Assembly: GCF_001194135.2 (NCBI RefSeq)
Contig: NC_068997.1
Location: 21,158,302 to 21,222,153 of the forward strand
Direction of reading: 5' to 3'
From: Octopus bimaculoides
Taxonomy: Eukaryota
Length of the DNA stretch: 63,852 nt
Part shown: positions 42,596-55,129 of the stretch, piece by piece
Layout of the letters: every line of letters starts with the position of its first letter
Position numbering within the stretch: the stretch's first letter is position 1
Made by a program: the position numbers and the translations under genes
Notes under the pieces: generated by a model
What the model saw: the letters and a program-made list of their open reading frames with translations, nothing else
Told to the model about the DNA's origin: nothing
Databases searched by the model: none

Positions 42596-42859
42596 GTATA
42601 ATAATAATAAATGCGCCCTTTCAAAGCCTAGCCAGGCTCATGGGCCCGGTTTCCCGGTTTCTGTGGCGTATGTGTTCCCCAGCTGGACGGGACGCTAGTC
42701 CATCGCAGCGCTACTCATTTTTGCCAGTTGAGTGGACTGGAGCAACGTGAAATGAAGTGTTTTGCTCAAGAACACAATGCGTCGCCCGGTCTAGGAATCG
42801 AAACCACAATCTTACGATCATGATGCCGACACCCTAACCACTAAGCCACGCGCCTCCAC
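42596..42859 (-). mobile_element. Young full-length SINE-D with 10-bp target-site duplication
   Basis: A-box TGGCTTAGTGG, B-box GGTTTCGATTCC, CORE-like TGTTCTTGAGCAAAACACTTCATTTCACGTTGCTCCAG, (TTA)n tail; TSD ACATGTAGTA at 42586-42595 and 42860-42869. Confidence 0.95.
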
Positions 42860-43569
42860 ACATGTAGTATATATATAAGTGCAATCATATATAATTGTAA
42901 TTCAATCGATTTACAGTGTAATACTGATACTTTATTAGCCGCCTTTTACAAATCCCAAGCCGTAGACAAAGGTAAGGAAACGATATGAAGTTATTAGTTT
43001 CACGCCGTAAGGAAGAAATATAAGAATGAGCTCGATGTTTTGTACTGTAGTATGTTCTTCCTTGTAGCGTAGCACTAATAACTACATACTGTGTATTCTT
43101 CTTGGGTATTCTTTAAACGCATTTTTCTTCCAAGTCAACTGGGTTGTTCAGAAAGCATCTACACAGTGTTTCGCTTTTCTAGAAATGGCGAACAATTTCT
43201 TTTCAAACCACGCTTAATCATCTTAAAAATTGGCAGCCATATTGAACAATACAGACCTGAGTTATATTGCATGAAAATAAGAGGGAATATTCGTAGCTGA
43301 AACGCTTTGATCATAGGACTATATTTAATATGATTTGACCTGGTGATAAGCAATAACAAAAACAATGGCAAAAGACAACAGCAAAAATTACAATAGCCAA
43401 ACAAAAAACAAAAAAAAAGCAAACAAAAAAAAAACGTATACCTTATCCCGAGGAATCAGTGATCCAAGATTGAATTTAAAGTAGAGTACACGACTAATGT
43501 CTGCAATCTTGAAACTTGTTTCAGTATTGGATTATTTCTCCATCTCTGTGTTGGCTTCCATAATAAAAT

Positions 43570-43594
43570 AATGATGATGATGATGATGATGATG

Positions 43595-43666
<72 letters not shown>

Positions 43667-43670
43667 TATA
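43570..43670. repeat. (GAT)n-(AAT)n compound microsatellite
   Basis: Directly visible. Confidence 0.95.
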
Positions 43671-44160
43671 AATAAATGAATAAATAAATGTCCATAGTTA
43701 CAAAGGGTGAGAAGTGATTCTTCGATTTGACACTTCATGTCAGTTGGAATATCGCCAAACTACTATTGATAATGTTGTTGTTATTATTGTTGGTGCTGTA
43801 GTTGTTGTTCGGCTTTATTATGTTACTATTGTTATTAGTGGTAGAGCAGCCGATTATTAATTTATTTATCTATTTATTTATTATTTTGCTGGTCTACAAA
43901 AAGAAAAAAAAAAGAAAGAAAGAAAGCTTCTTATCGCTTAATCGTCTCTATCACTGATCAGTAGTGAGTGAATGAGGGGGGAGGCAGAGGAGAGACGAAG
44001 AGACGGAGAGAGAGGAAAGGAGTGACCTAGTAATCGCGTGAAACAATAGCAGTCTGGAAATGTCATCGAAGCAACAACAAACAACAAAATAACTCAACTC
44101 CTTTGATACCAAAACAGTTTACAGGACAAACAAATCGATCGATCATACTGTCTGCCATAC

Positions 44161-44308
44161 AGGCGGCGAATTGGCCGAGTTGTTAGAGGCGTCCAATAGA
44201 ATCATTTGCAGTATTCGTTCTGGAGTCCCGAGTTCAAATACGTCCGATGTTAGTTTTCGCTTTCATCTAATTTTTGGATTGATAAATAAAGTACCAGTTT
44301 TGTACTGA
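44161..44308 (+). mobile_element. Degenerate SINE-B, probably interrupted by the adjacent SINE-D
   Basis: AGGCGGCGAATTGGCCGAG head, GAGTTCAAAT, GATAAATAAAGTACCAG. Confidence 0.75.
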
Positions 44309-44315
44309 GAAAAGA

Positions 44316-44560
44316 GTGTGGCGTAGGCATTGGGATGTTGTACTCATCATCACAAGATCGTGGTTTCGATTCGCTAACCAAGCGATGCGTTGTTTTCTTG
44401 ATCCAAACACTTCATTTAGCATTGTTCAAATCCACTCAGCTTCAAATGTGTAACCCTGCAACGGACCGGAGACTCATTCAAGAAGAGTGTTGAGATCTTG
44501 GTTACTTATATGCCATGGAAACCGGGTAACCAGCCCTTGTGCTTGAGACAGTTCTTACTT
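44316..44560 (+). mobile_element. Degenerate SINE-D copy
   Basis: GGTTTCGATTC, AAACACTTCATTT..CCACTCAGCT, GCCATGGAAACCGGGTAACC match the 42596 copy. Confidence 0.8.
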
Positions 44561-44622
44561 ATATCGAGGTCGATTCTTCTCTTTCATTCTATCTCCCTCT
44601 TTCGTTCCCTCTCTCTTTATTT

Positions 44623-44825
44623 GAGCTGGCAGAACCGTTAGCACGCCGGGCGAAATGCTTAGCGGTATTTCACCCGCCGCTACGTTCCGAGTTCAAATTC
44701 CGCTGAGGTCAACTTTGCTTTCATCCTTTCGGGATCGATAAATTAAGTGCCAGTTATGTACTGGGGTTGAGCTAATCGATTATCCCCCAAAGCTTCAGGC
44801 CTTGTGCCTATAGTAGAAAGGATAA
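44623..44825 (+). mobile_element. Young SINE-B copy (AGAAAGG-type tail)
   Basis: GAGCTGGCAGAACCGTTAGCACGCCGGGCGAAATGCTTAGCGG..GAGTTCAAATTCCGC..GGCCTTGTGCCTATAGTAGAAAGGAT. Confidence 0.95.
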
Positions 44826-47244
44826 TCTACCAAGAACTACAATATACAATATAATCGTTCTTTAAAAAAAAAAAAAAAAAGCATGAGAGGATATGATGTG
44901 AAACAGATTTGGTTGCTGTTTCCTGCTGGTTTTAGCTATCACGTAAAGTCTGTCTTATATAGAGGAAGTCTCTGTAACGGGAATAAATCGTTGAATTTAG
45001 CTTGGCAGACCGGCGCCTCATGGACTCCGTTATCATATTATGTATCCATTTGTTTCTGTGTATCAAAGTGTAAATGTAGCTATCTATGTTTATATATGTG
45101 TGTATGTGTGTGAATGTGTGTGTGTATCTATATGTATGCGTAAAGTTAAGTGTAACATTATATGTGTGTGTGCGTGTGTACTTGTGTGTGTAAGTGTGTT
45201 TGTGTTTCTGTGCCAAATTAATCAAAGAATGTTTACATGCGTTGATTAATGAACCTTATTCCAGAATATGTCACCTTGTTATTTAAAAACAAACACACAC
45301 ATATGCACACACACACATATGCACACACACACATGCACACATACTCACATACACACTACATTCTCACACACTGACACACTCATACACACACACACGCATA
45401 TACACCAAAGGAAATTAATTCTTAACCGTTACTTATTTGTCGATCATTTTCCTGTCTTTGAAAACTCTTTGAAATCGAATTAAGTAAAAAGAAAACGAAA
45501 ATAATAATACAAAAAAATACGAATAAATAAACAAACAAACAAATAACATAACGCGAAATGAATAAAAAAAAAAAAAAATATATTTTTCAGAATCATTATA
45601 AAGATCCAAATTGTTAGATGGTGTTTCCTTGAAACTAATTAATTGTATTTTTATTTAATTTATTTATATATATTTTTTTTATTTTTAACAAGAAAAATAA
45701 CTCCACCTGTCACAAACTATAAACATATANNNNNNNNNNNNNNNNNNNNNNNNNNNNNNNNNNNNNNNNNNNNNNNNNNNNNNNNNNNNNNNNNNNNNNN
45801 NNNNNNNNNNNNNNNNNNNNNNNNNNNNNNNNNNNNNNNNNNNNNNNNNNNNNNNNNNNNNNNNNNNNNNNNNNNNNNNNNNNNNNNNNNNNNNNNNNNN
45901 NNNNNNNNNNNNNNNNNNNNNNNNNNNNNNNNNNNNNNNNNNNNNNNNNNNNNNNNNNNNNNNNNNNNNNNNNNNNNNNNNNNNNNNNNNNNNNNNNNNN
46001 NNNNNNNNNNNNNNNNNNNNNNNNNNNNNNNNNNNNNNNNNNNNNNNNNNNNNNNNNNNNNNNNNNNNNNNNNNNNNNNNNNNNNNNNNNNNNNNNNNNN
46101 NNNNNNNNNNNNNNNNNNNNNNNNNNNNNNNNNNNNNNNNNNNNNNNNNNNNNNNNNNNNNNNNNNNNNNNNNNNNNNNNNNNNNNNNNNNNNNNNNNNN
46201 NNNNNNNNNNNNNNNNNNNNNNNNNNNNNNNNNNNNNNNNNNNNNNNNNNNNNNNNNNNNNNNNNNNNNNNNNNNNNNNNNNNNNNNNNNNNNNNNNNNN
46301 NNNNNNNNNNNNNNNNNNNNNNNNNNNNNNNNNNNNNNNNNNNNNNNNNNNNNNNNNNNNNNNNNNNNNNNNNNNNNNNNNNNNNNNNNNNNNNNNNNNN
46401 NNNNNNNNNNNNNNNNNNNNNNNNNNNNNNNNNNNNNNNNNNNNNNNNNNNNNNNNNNNNNNNNNNNNNNNNNNNNNNNNNNNNNNNNNNNNNNNNNNNN
46501 NNNNNNNNNNNNNNNNNNNNNNNNNNNNNNNNNNNNNNNNNNNNNNNNNNNNNNNNNNNNNNNNNNNNNNNNNNNNNNNNNNNNNNNNNNNNNNNNNNNN
46601 NNNNNNNNNNNNNNNNNNNNNNNNNNNNNNAAACGCATTCTTAAATAATGTAGTTGAACATTTACATATGAAGTTGCTCGCGTATACGTATACTACTGTA
46701 TTCCATACATGGACAAATAAATACGATCAAACGTATAGGCATGCCTGAGAGTTTAAGACGTTTGCAAGTTAGCCGCGTAGATCCAGGTTCGCTCTTACCT
46801 TGCGTAACTTTGGGCAATTGTATTATTATTTTTTTTTTTATACATCTAACATCGAGTTGATCAATATCTATGTTGCCAGTATAAGTCTCACCAACGGTGA
46901 TTTTATCTTCCATTTTTCCAGAGATAAATAAAGTCCAAATAGATAACAAGTGGGTTCCTTTCACTCAAATCCTTACCTAATTTTCTGATTTAAAAAACAA
47001 AAAAAAAGCACTACGCAATGACCTTTAGTATTGCGATGATGACAACACTGGAAACATTCCGGTATCAATAAACCTCCTCTCAGAGAAGCATATCCTAACC
47101 ATTACCACTGTTCTTAGTCAGCTAGGGAAGGATTCACTAAGGTAAGGTTACTAGATTTAATATAGTGTCATTTCTACTTGTAACTGTGATACCCCGTGTT
47201 CCTTACATTCAAAAACACACTTATGATTCCAAACTGACATTCCC

Positions 47245-47420
47245 TATTCAGCTGCTGTTTCTGCAGCTGCTGTTTCTGCAGCTGCTGTTTCTGCTGCTGC
47301 TGTTTCTGCTGCTGCTGTTTCTGCTGCTGCTGCTGCTGCAGCTGGTGCTGTTGTTGTTATTGTTGTTAATGTTTAGCCCATGTCTTCCCTCATCGAATAG
47401 ACTTATGGTCTAAGGTGCTC
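47245..47420 (-). repeat. 15-bp minisatellite (CAGCTGCTGTTTCTG-like) grown from the (AAC)n tail of a family C fragment
   Basis: Five to six units, then GTTGTTGTT..GTTTAGCCC, the family C 3' end. Confidence 0.8.
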
Positions 47421-47940
47421 CGACCTTGTTTATCTCGCCTTTATGTTTAACCTGGGTTAACTACACAGTGTCCAACATGAGTGGAATCTTCTTTTCATAC
47501 TGTAGTCGTTGACTTTATGTCGATTTTTGTTATTATTTACTAGTACGTCGAACGAACATATATATAAGCTCCTTGACTGGCGTGTAATGGTTACTATGAC
47601 TCTACGGTCAATACAACTGCGGTGGTAGAAAGAAACTTTTTCTTACACTGTAACACAGCTGTTAGTAACCTGTTTTATACTTGTTTTATGTGGTTAATTA
47701 CTTATATAAGTAACAGCAGATGACATCTGTCATTTGATGAAAAAGCGAGACAGAGGGTTGTAGAAGACAATGTGCAGAGATATAAAGTTATGTGACAAGA
47801 CAATGAATGTCACAACTTCCCATTATTCCTTCGGTTTTAATATTGAGGCGTTATGTCTACAAATCATAAAAAACACACGTGCCAGCTGAAAATTATGATT
47901 CATATATATATGTGTGTGTGCGCATGCGTGCGATTGTGTG

Positions 47941-48015
<75 letters not shown>

Positions 48016-48121
48016 GGAAAGAAGTATAACAGATAAGGAACTTAAAATCATTTTGAGCACGTAAAACGGCGAGAATCAAATCAATGATGTATATATATAT
48101 TTATTCATGGTGTGTATATTC

Positions 48122-48156
<35 letters not shown>

Positions 48157-48399
48157 NNNNNNNNNNNNNNNNNNNNNNNNNNNNNNNNNNNNNNNNNNNN
48201 NNNNNNNNNNNNNNNNNNNNNNNNNNNNNNNNNNNNNNNNNNNNNNNNNNNNATATATATATATATATATATATAGTCTTAGTATACGCACTTGAAAGTA
48301 CATCAACTTTATATATATATTATGGACAGTATCTATACAAACGTGGAACGGCACTAGCTGTAATATTTCGGCACAGAAGGTGTTAAAAATCTATAAAGC

Positions 48400-48479
48400 T
48401 CGTTCAGAATATCGTCGGTTGATCGTCAGACCTGATCGTAACACTGAGTCTGACAAACCACCGACGACATTTTGAGCGA
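48400..48479. ncRNA. Candidate pre-miRNA-like hairpin (alternatively a palindromic MITE)
   Basis: 32-nt arms (48400-48431 and 48448-48479) with 26 Watson-Crick pairs plus 2 G-U, 16-nt loop, in unique sequence. Confidence 0.4.
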
Positions 48480-48635
48480 ATCTTGTGTTATTCTTTGTTT
48501 TGTATTTTTAATACTCAAGTCTCTTTGCAAACTTTTTCTGAGACAAAATATCACGGATAACGCTTTTCCACTGTCATAAGTGTTCTATACGTTGTTATAA
48601 TTTTTTTGGGGGTTTTTTTTTCTGTTAAGCAAGAA

Positions 48636-49290
48636 TACCTTCACAAATATCGATTTATGAAGTAGTAGTACCTTCTCATCTGTTTATTTATTAAGTAGCA
48701 ATATCTTCAGCACTGTCTTATTCATAACTGTTTCTTTTTATTTTATAACTGTTTCTTTATAAAGCAGTAATGATTTCACAACTACATGTTTATAAAGTAG
48801 TAATAATTTCCACAATTGTTTGTTAATATCCTTATAATTGTTTCTTTGTAAGGTTGTAATACCGCCATAACCGTTTCTTTATAAAGTAGGAATACGTGCA
48901 CAACTTCTTGAAAGGGATAATACTTTCAAAACTGTTAATTTCTAAAGTAGTTTATACATTCACAACTATTTCTCTTTAAATTAGTAACATTTTAACTCTA
49001 ATAATAGAGTTACACTTTTTTCTGCAAAATAGGGGTAGCTTATCCTGTTCAGGCTATATTATTAGCATTATCCTGCGTTTGAGAATTTAAAATCACTTTT
49101 TTAACATTCTAAGACATCTCAGTGCTTCTAAAGCAAACTTCATTTGTTTGTTTACGTTCATTGTAATTTGGATTTTAACTCTGTTTTATAAAATAGCAAT
49201 ACTTTTAATACAGCTGTTTCGTAATAAACTAGTAATATCTTAATCGTCCTTTCCTCATAAAGCACTGATAAATAGCATTTACCCTTCTAA
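48636..49290. repeat. Degenerate ~33-bp AT-rich minisatellite
   Basis: Units such as ATAACTGTTTCTTTATAAAGCAGTAATGATTTC and ATAACCGTTTCTTTATAAAGTAGGAATACGTGC. Confidence 0.75.
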
Positions 49291-49843
49291 ATTAATGTAT
49301 TAATGCCTTCACGTCTGTGACCTTGTATTATGATAGACAATACGTCCACAAACACCTTTTTTTTTTTCATAATCTTGAAACTCTTAAGCTTTCACTACAG
49401 TACGACTGAATAAATAATACGATTTCTAATATAAACACATGTAGAAATGTCTTCCAAATAGAATGTTAGCTGTTTAGTCAATGAGAAATAACTATTTTCT
49501 AGATTTAGAAAAACCTCGAAAGATTCAGCGAAAAGCAAATATACAAGTCTGTTAAATAAGTAAAGAGGAATAAATATACGACTCATTGTTTGCATGTATG
49601 TCATATTTCCTGGTGTCATCTATGGTGGAAGAAGTATACTTCTAAAGTTACTCGCCATATTCGTGAATTTATAAAGCACACTTGCAGTGTAAAGCGTTAA
49701 ACATCGTTTCTCCTTACGAACCCTATATACAGCTGAATCGAATGAAAATAACTCATACTTATAAATCACTGAGGTCACGTGCTAAAGAGCTAATAACACT
49801 GTAATATGCGTCCATGGGAAATCTATAATGATTAAAAACTGTT

Positions 49844-49941
<98 letters not shown>

Positions 49942-50970
49942 AAGCCCTGTAAAACAGCCACCCATGTTCCACACAATAAAAAGGAATATTTTCCTACGTC
50001 TACGAAAGTGTTGTATAAAGAAGATCGAGATTACACAGAGTTCAACACGCGTTCGAATTTTTCTCCTAGGATTTGAACTCAGAACTGAACGAGACAAACC
50101 ATTGATGAATTTATACACCACACATACAGTTTAAAGCGTTAAACTTCATTTTCCCCTCATCAACTGTATTTACGGTCAGATCGATTGTACTAGGTGATAG
50201 TTAAGATCGATTGTACTAGGTGATAGTTAAGCATTTGGAAAAAGCATTAAAACGACAATAGTCACTTGATACGAACCGCCGACCCTTCGACCACACTAAG
50301 CTAAAACCCGCATAAATAAGTCAGCTGCCACACCCCGACTTTTGCTAATGTACACATCATCAATCGATTATCCCACAATCTTATATGTCCATCAAACTAG
50401 TATTATTCACCACACGAATTGTTTCGCGTATGTAATCATGTTAAAATTTCCGCCAAATGTAAACGTTTTGATAAACAGCAATCAAATAGGTGTTCTTTTG
50501 AAATAACAACTTCCTTACAAGCTAAAGAAATATATAAAACACGATACTTCTTGTATTTTTCTATGTTTGTTGGTTTTGGTAATTAAATTTGGCGACTTTG
50601 TAGTTCAGAAGTAGAATAAATAATGTTGATTTTTTTTTCTTTAACTAAATGGAAACACCTTGTATATTTAGGGAAATAAAATTGGATGTAACGAAGTGCA
50701 TGCCTTTCTCGTGAGCATTATTAAAACATTTAATTGAGAAAAAATTGTTTACAACTACTGATTACAAGATAAAAGTCGTGACCCAGCCTTGTAGGTTATT
50801 TCCCAATATTTACATCTTTTGTGAATTACATTTATTTCTTACATGAAATTGAGGCCAAAATATACCAACTATAGATTATTGAATTTACCCTGGTGCTTAT
50901 TTTATTGATCATGGAGGAATAAAACATTAAAATAATCTCACTTTCAGAGTGAAAGATTACAATAAATATT

Positions 50971-51174
50971 GGTTTCAAATTTGGAAACAAGGCCCGCAAT
51001 TTCAAGGGAGGGGCAAGTCGATTACATCGACCCCTGTGATCAACAAGTACTTATTTTATCGACCCAAAAGGACGAAAGGCAAAGTCGACCTCCACGGAAT
51101 TTGAACTCAGAACATAAGAATTATTGCTAAGCATTTTGCCCAGCATGCTAACGATTCTGCCAACTCGTCGCCTT
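50971..51174 (-). mobile_element. SINE-B copy (GAAACC-type tail)
   Basis: GGTTTCAAATTTGGAAACAAGGCC tail end; CGATTCTGCCAACTCGTCGCCTT head end. Confidence 0.92.
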
Positions 51175-51264
51175 GAAGGTGTAGTAAAATATTGCAAGTC
51201 ATTAACGTGGCTACTCTATCGTTTTGGTCACAGTAGCACTCTCCGGGGGTAAAAATGATATAAT

Positions 51265-51560
51265 AAGGCAGCGAGCTGGTAGAAGTGTTAGCACGCCAGA
51301 CGAAATGTTTTGCCGCAAGCTGTCCGTCGTTATGCTCTGAGTTCAAATTCTAACATCGGTATAATACCGCAAATTTTTGAAGAAAGTATAACCCAGGATT
51401 TAACTGGTACTTATTTCCATCGACCATGAAAGAATGAAAGGTAAAGCCGGCTCAATCAAAAAATGAACTCGAAACAAAAACGGTCGAAATTAGACACCGT
51501 ACGGAATTTTATTAGCAATTCTGCTACACTAATAATTCTGCCATGCAGTTCCTTTGATTT
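51265..51560. mobile_element. 5' half of a plus-strand SINE-B (51265-51352) and a degenerate minus-strand SINE-B (about 51385-51535)
   Basis: AAGGCAGCGAGCTGGTAGAAG..GAGTTCAAATTC; ACTGGTACTTATTTCCATCGACCATGAAAGAATGAAAGG. Confidence 0.75.
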
Positions 51561-52832
51561 CAAGATATTGAAGGCCGTAGAGCAAAATGTAAGCGATATA
51601 AAATCGAAAATGGCAATGCAGTTTCGATTCACCGGTGAGTCTATTTTACTTAAATAAACTCAGCTATTGCCCTTTAGAAGGACATGGAACTTACATTTCC
51701 CGTTTCCCTTCATATTACCCCCCCCCCCCCCACTCAAAGTAAAGAACTCTGACAAAAGAAGATAACATTGATAAAGGAATACAGATAATAGCAGAATTAA
51801 ACAGGGAAGGAGGACAACAAAGCACTGGAATTTTAGCGGAATTAAATAACATTAAATAGACATGCAAAGAATATGCTTAGAATTAGCGGTACTACCTTCA
51901 TAACAACTACCAATATTGCTACAATAAGCAATAACATTTTCGTTATTGTGTTCTACATGTTTGTTAATGTTCTTATTATTGTTGTTCTTATTGTTGATGA
52001 CGATATTGTTTAGGCAAATGTTTGGCCATTATTAATCCACAATTTAGAAATAGTGAAAAACCTCAAAATAAAACTTTTTTTTTTTACAAGAACTCGTTTT
52101 TGTTTGACAATACTGTTTGGAAAAGGTAAGGCCAACAACGTATTGTCTGCAAAGAAGTACAAAACCTCACAGACACACACATACACGTATAGATACAAAG
52201 CCACACTTACACACACACTATGCTACTCATATACGGTATACTATACACACACACGCGCATACGCACATTATTACATACAAAAGAGGTGCAGCAAAGACAA
52301 TGCAAAAAGCAAAACATAACTGATAACTTTATAATGCATTTTTAAAGGTTTATCCGTGATTTGTGTTTTGTATCTTTATTACTAGAATTGCTTTAGAGTT
52401 GACCTATATTGTTTGCAAAGTTCATTATTGATATTCCTCAACAAAGAAACGGCGCTTTTCAATGGAGACGAGGAATTACATCGAGAATACTACAAATGGA
52501 AAATAAAAAAATAATAATAAAAGAAAATGAAAGAAAGAAAAGGAAAAGGAAAAGAAAACTCCATCTAAAAGAACAACACAACAACACAGAACCCACAGTC
52601 AATCCGCAGTTTATGATTATTTCCGAAACAATCTATGTTGCTTGCTGTTACTACTACTACTACTGCTACTACTACTACTACTACTACTACTACTAGAAAC
52701 AATGATGATGATGATGATGACGATGAAATATTAATAGTAAAACATAGGAAATGAAGCATATACTAAAAATACAATTCAAGTGAAATTCTACAGGAGCTAA
52801 CATGCCCACAAATGCTTTATGGAGGGACGTAT

Positions 52833-52867
<35 letters not shown>

Positions 52868-54114
52868 TATATATTCATATCAAGGCGTATACATGTATAA
52901 TATATATATANNNNNNNNNNNNNNNNNNNNNNNNNNNNNNNNNNNNNNNNNNNNNNNNNNNNNNNNNNNNNNNNNNNNNNNNNNNNNNNNNNNNNNNNNN
53001 NNNNNNNNNNNNNNNNNNNNNNNNNNNNNNNNNNNNNNNNNNNNNNNNNNNNNNNNNNNNNNNNNNNNNNNNNNNNNNNNNNNNNNNNNNNNNNNNNNNN
53101 NNNNNNNNNNNNNNNNNNNNNNNNNNNNNNNNNNNNNNNNNNNNNNNNNNNNNNNNNNNNNNNNNNNNNNNNNNNNNNNNNNNNNNNNNNNNNNNNNNNN
53201 NNNNNNNNNNNNNNNNNNNNNNNNNNNNNNNNNNNNNNNNNNNNNNNNNNNNNNNNNNNNNNNNNNNNNNNNNNNNNNNNNNNNNNNNNNNNNNNNNNNN
53301 NNNNNNNNNNNNNNNNNNNNNNNNNNNNNNNNNNNNNNNNNNNNNNNNNNNNNNNNNNNNNNNNNNNNNNNNNNNNNNNNNNNNNNNNNNNNNNNNNNNN
53401 NNNNNNNNNNNNNNNNNNNNNNNNNNNNNNNNNNNNNNNNNNNNNNNNNNNNNNNNNNNNNNNNNNNNNNNNNNNNNNNNNNNNNNNNNNNNNNNNNNNN
53501 NNNNNNNNNNNNNNNNNNNNNTATATATATATATATATATGTATGTATATACGTGTGCGTGTATGTAACGTTTATTGTAGGGCTTATATTGCATAAGCAT
53601 CACTAAATGTATTTGGATCTGGATGGGTTGTTGTGTTGTTATGGTTACGCTTTACTATTGAATTCGCAGCCAAATGTTAACAATATAATTACATAGATTT
53701 TCATCATTATTATCGCTTTATTTCTATTGGCCGTTGACATTGCACGTTTACTGCCGGATAAGTTTGTTGATGCCGCATGTTGCTATCAATGCTGCGATAG
53801 CGGTCGGGATGGAGCCGGTAGTACAGGCGAAGGTGGTGGTGGTGGAGTAGATATTATTGAGGTGGTGATGGGGCTGATGGTATTGGCTTGTAATCGCCGT
53901 CGTTGTGTACGGATTTCTGGTTTCTTGTTCTGTACTTTGTACCGGTGGTTTTTGATGAGCGAGGATCACGTTGATAAAGATTTCAAAGTGATGATAGCAG
54001 GAATACATGCACACATACATGCTCGCATATGTCAGTATATATGTATAGATACATATAGATTAGCAATAAATTCATAGCTATATATAGATATAGATGGTTA
54101 TATATATATTTTAT

Positions 54115-54169
<55 letters not shown>

Positions 54170-54600
54170 TATATGTACATATATNNNNNNNNNNNNNNNN
54201 NNNNNNNNNNNNNNNNNNNNNNNNNNNNNNNNNNNNNNNNNNNNNNNNNNNNNNNNNNNNNNNNNNNNNNNNNNNNNNNNNNNNNNNNNNNNNNNNNNNN
54301 NNNNNNNNNNNNNNNNNNNNNNNNNNNNNNNNNNNNNNNNNNNNNNNNNNNNNNNNNNNNNNNNNNNNNNNNNNNNNNNNNNNNNNNNNNNNNNNNNNNN
54401 NNNNNNNNNNNNNNNNNNNAATGAATATAATATATATCTATCTATATATATACAATGTATATATGTGCATAATAATTATAATATACATGTATTCTTATAT
54501 GTAATATAAATACACACACTCACATATAGATACACATAAACATATAATAAATTATAGACAAAGTGTTATATATATTATACCTATATATAAATTATATACG

Positions 54601-54636
<36 letters not shown>

Positions 54637-55129
54637 TGAACACAAAAACATATATCTCTATCTGTATGTATGTTCCTGTATGTAAGTGGCTGAGTCAGTC
54701 TCGTACACACACACACATACATACATACATACATACATACATACATACATACATAGCAAGATAGATATCTTGAGTGAATTCGAGTGACTCAACTAAATTG
54801 CAAGCGACAAGAATAACAACCTATCACAACTAAACAAAGCGTAGTTTCACTTTCGTGTCAGCTTACATTTTGTAGTTGTTGTGTAACACAATGTAAGCTT
54901 CGAATAAACAGACCGACGCTGAAATCTATTCATTCAGAGACAATTTCATCTTTACTCTTAGTTGTAAATCCTCTTCTATGCGATCTTAATGTGTACTTTT
55001 ATGCGAACAACGTGTTCTGTTGTGTGTAATTTTATTTGGTTTCCGCTGCCGTTCTGTTATATTTCGAATGACTACTTTGGGGCTCACTGGTTAACTGTTA
55101 GAACGAAGTCCTTTGTTTTGAGGGGAAAC

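Noticed and set aside
53727-54020. GC-richer segment with protein-like ORFs on both strands
   Set aside because: No convincing splice acceptor or homology; composition fits a decayed triplet mosaic.
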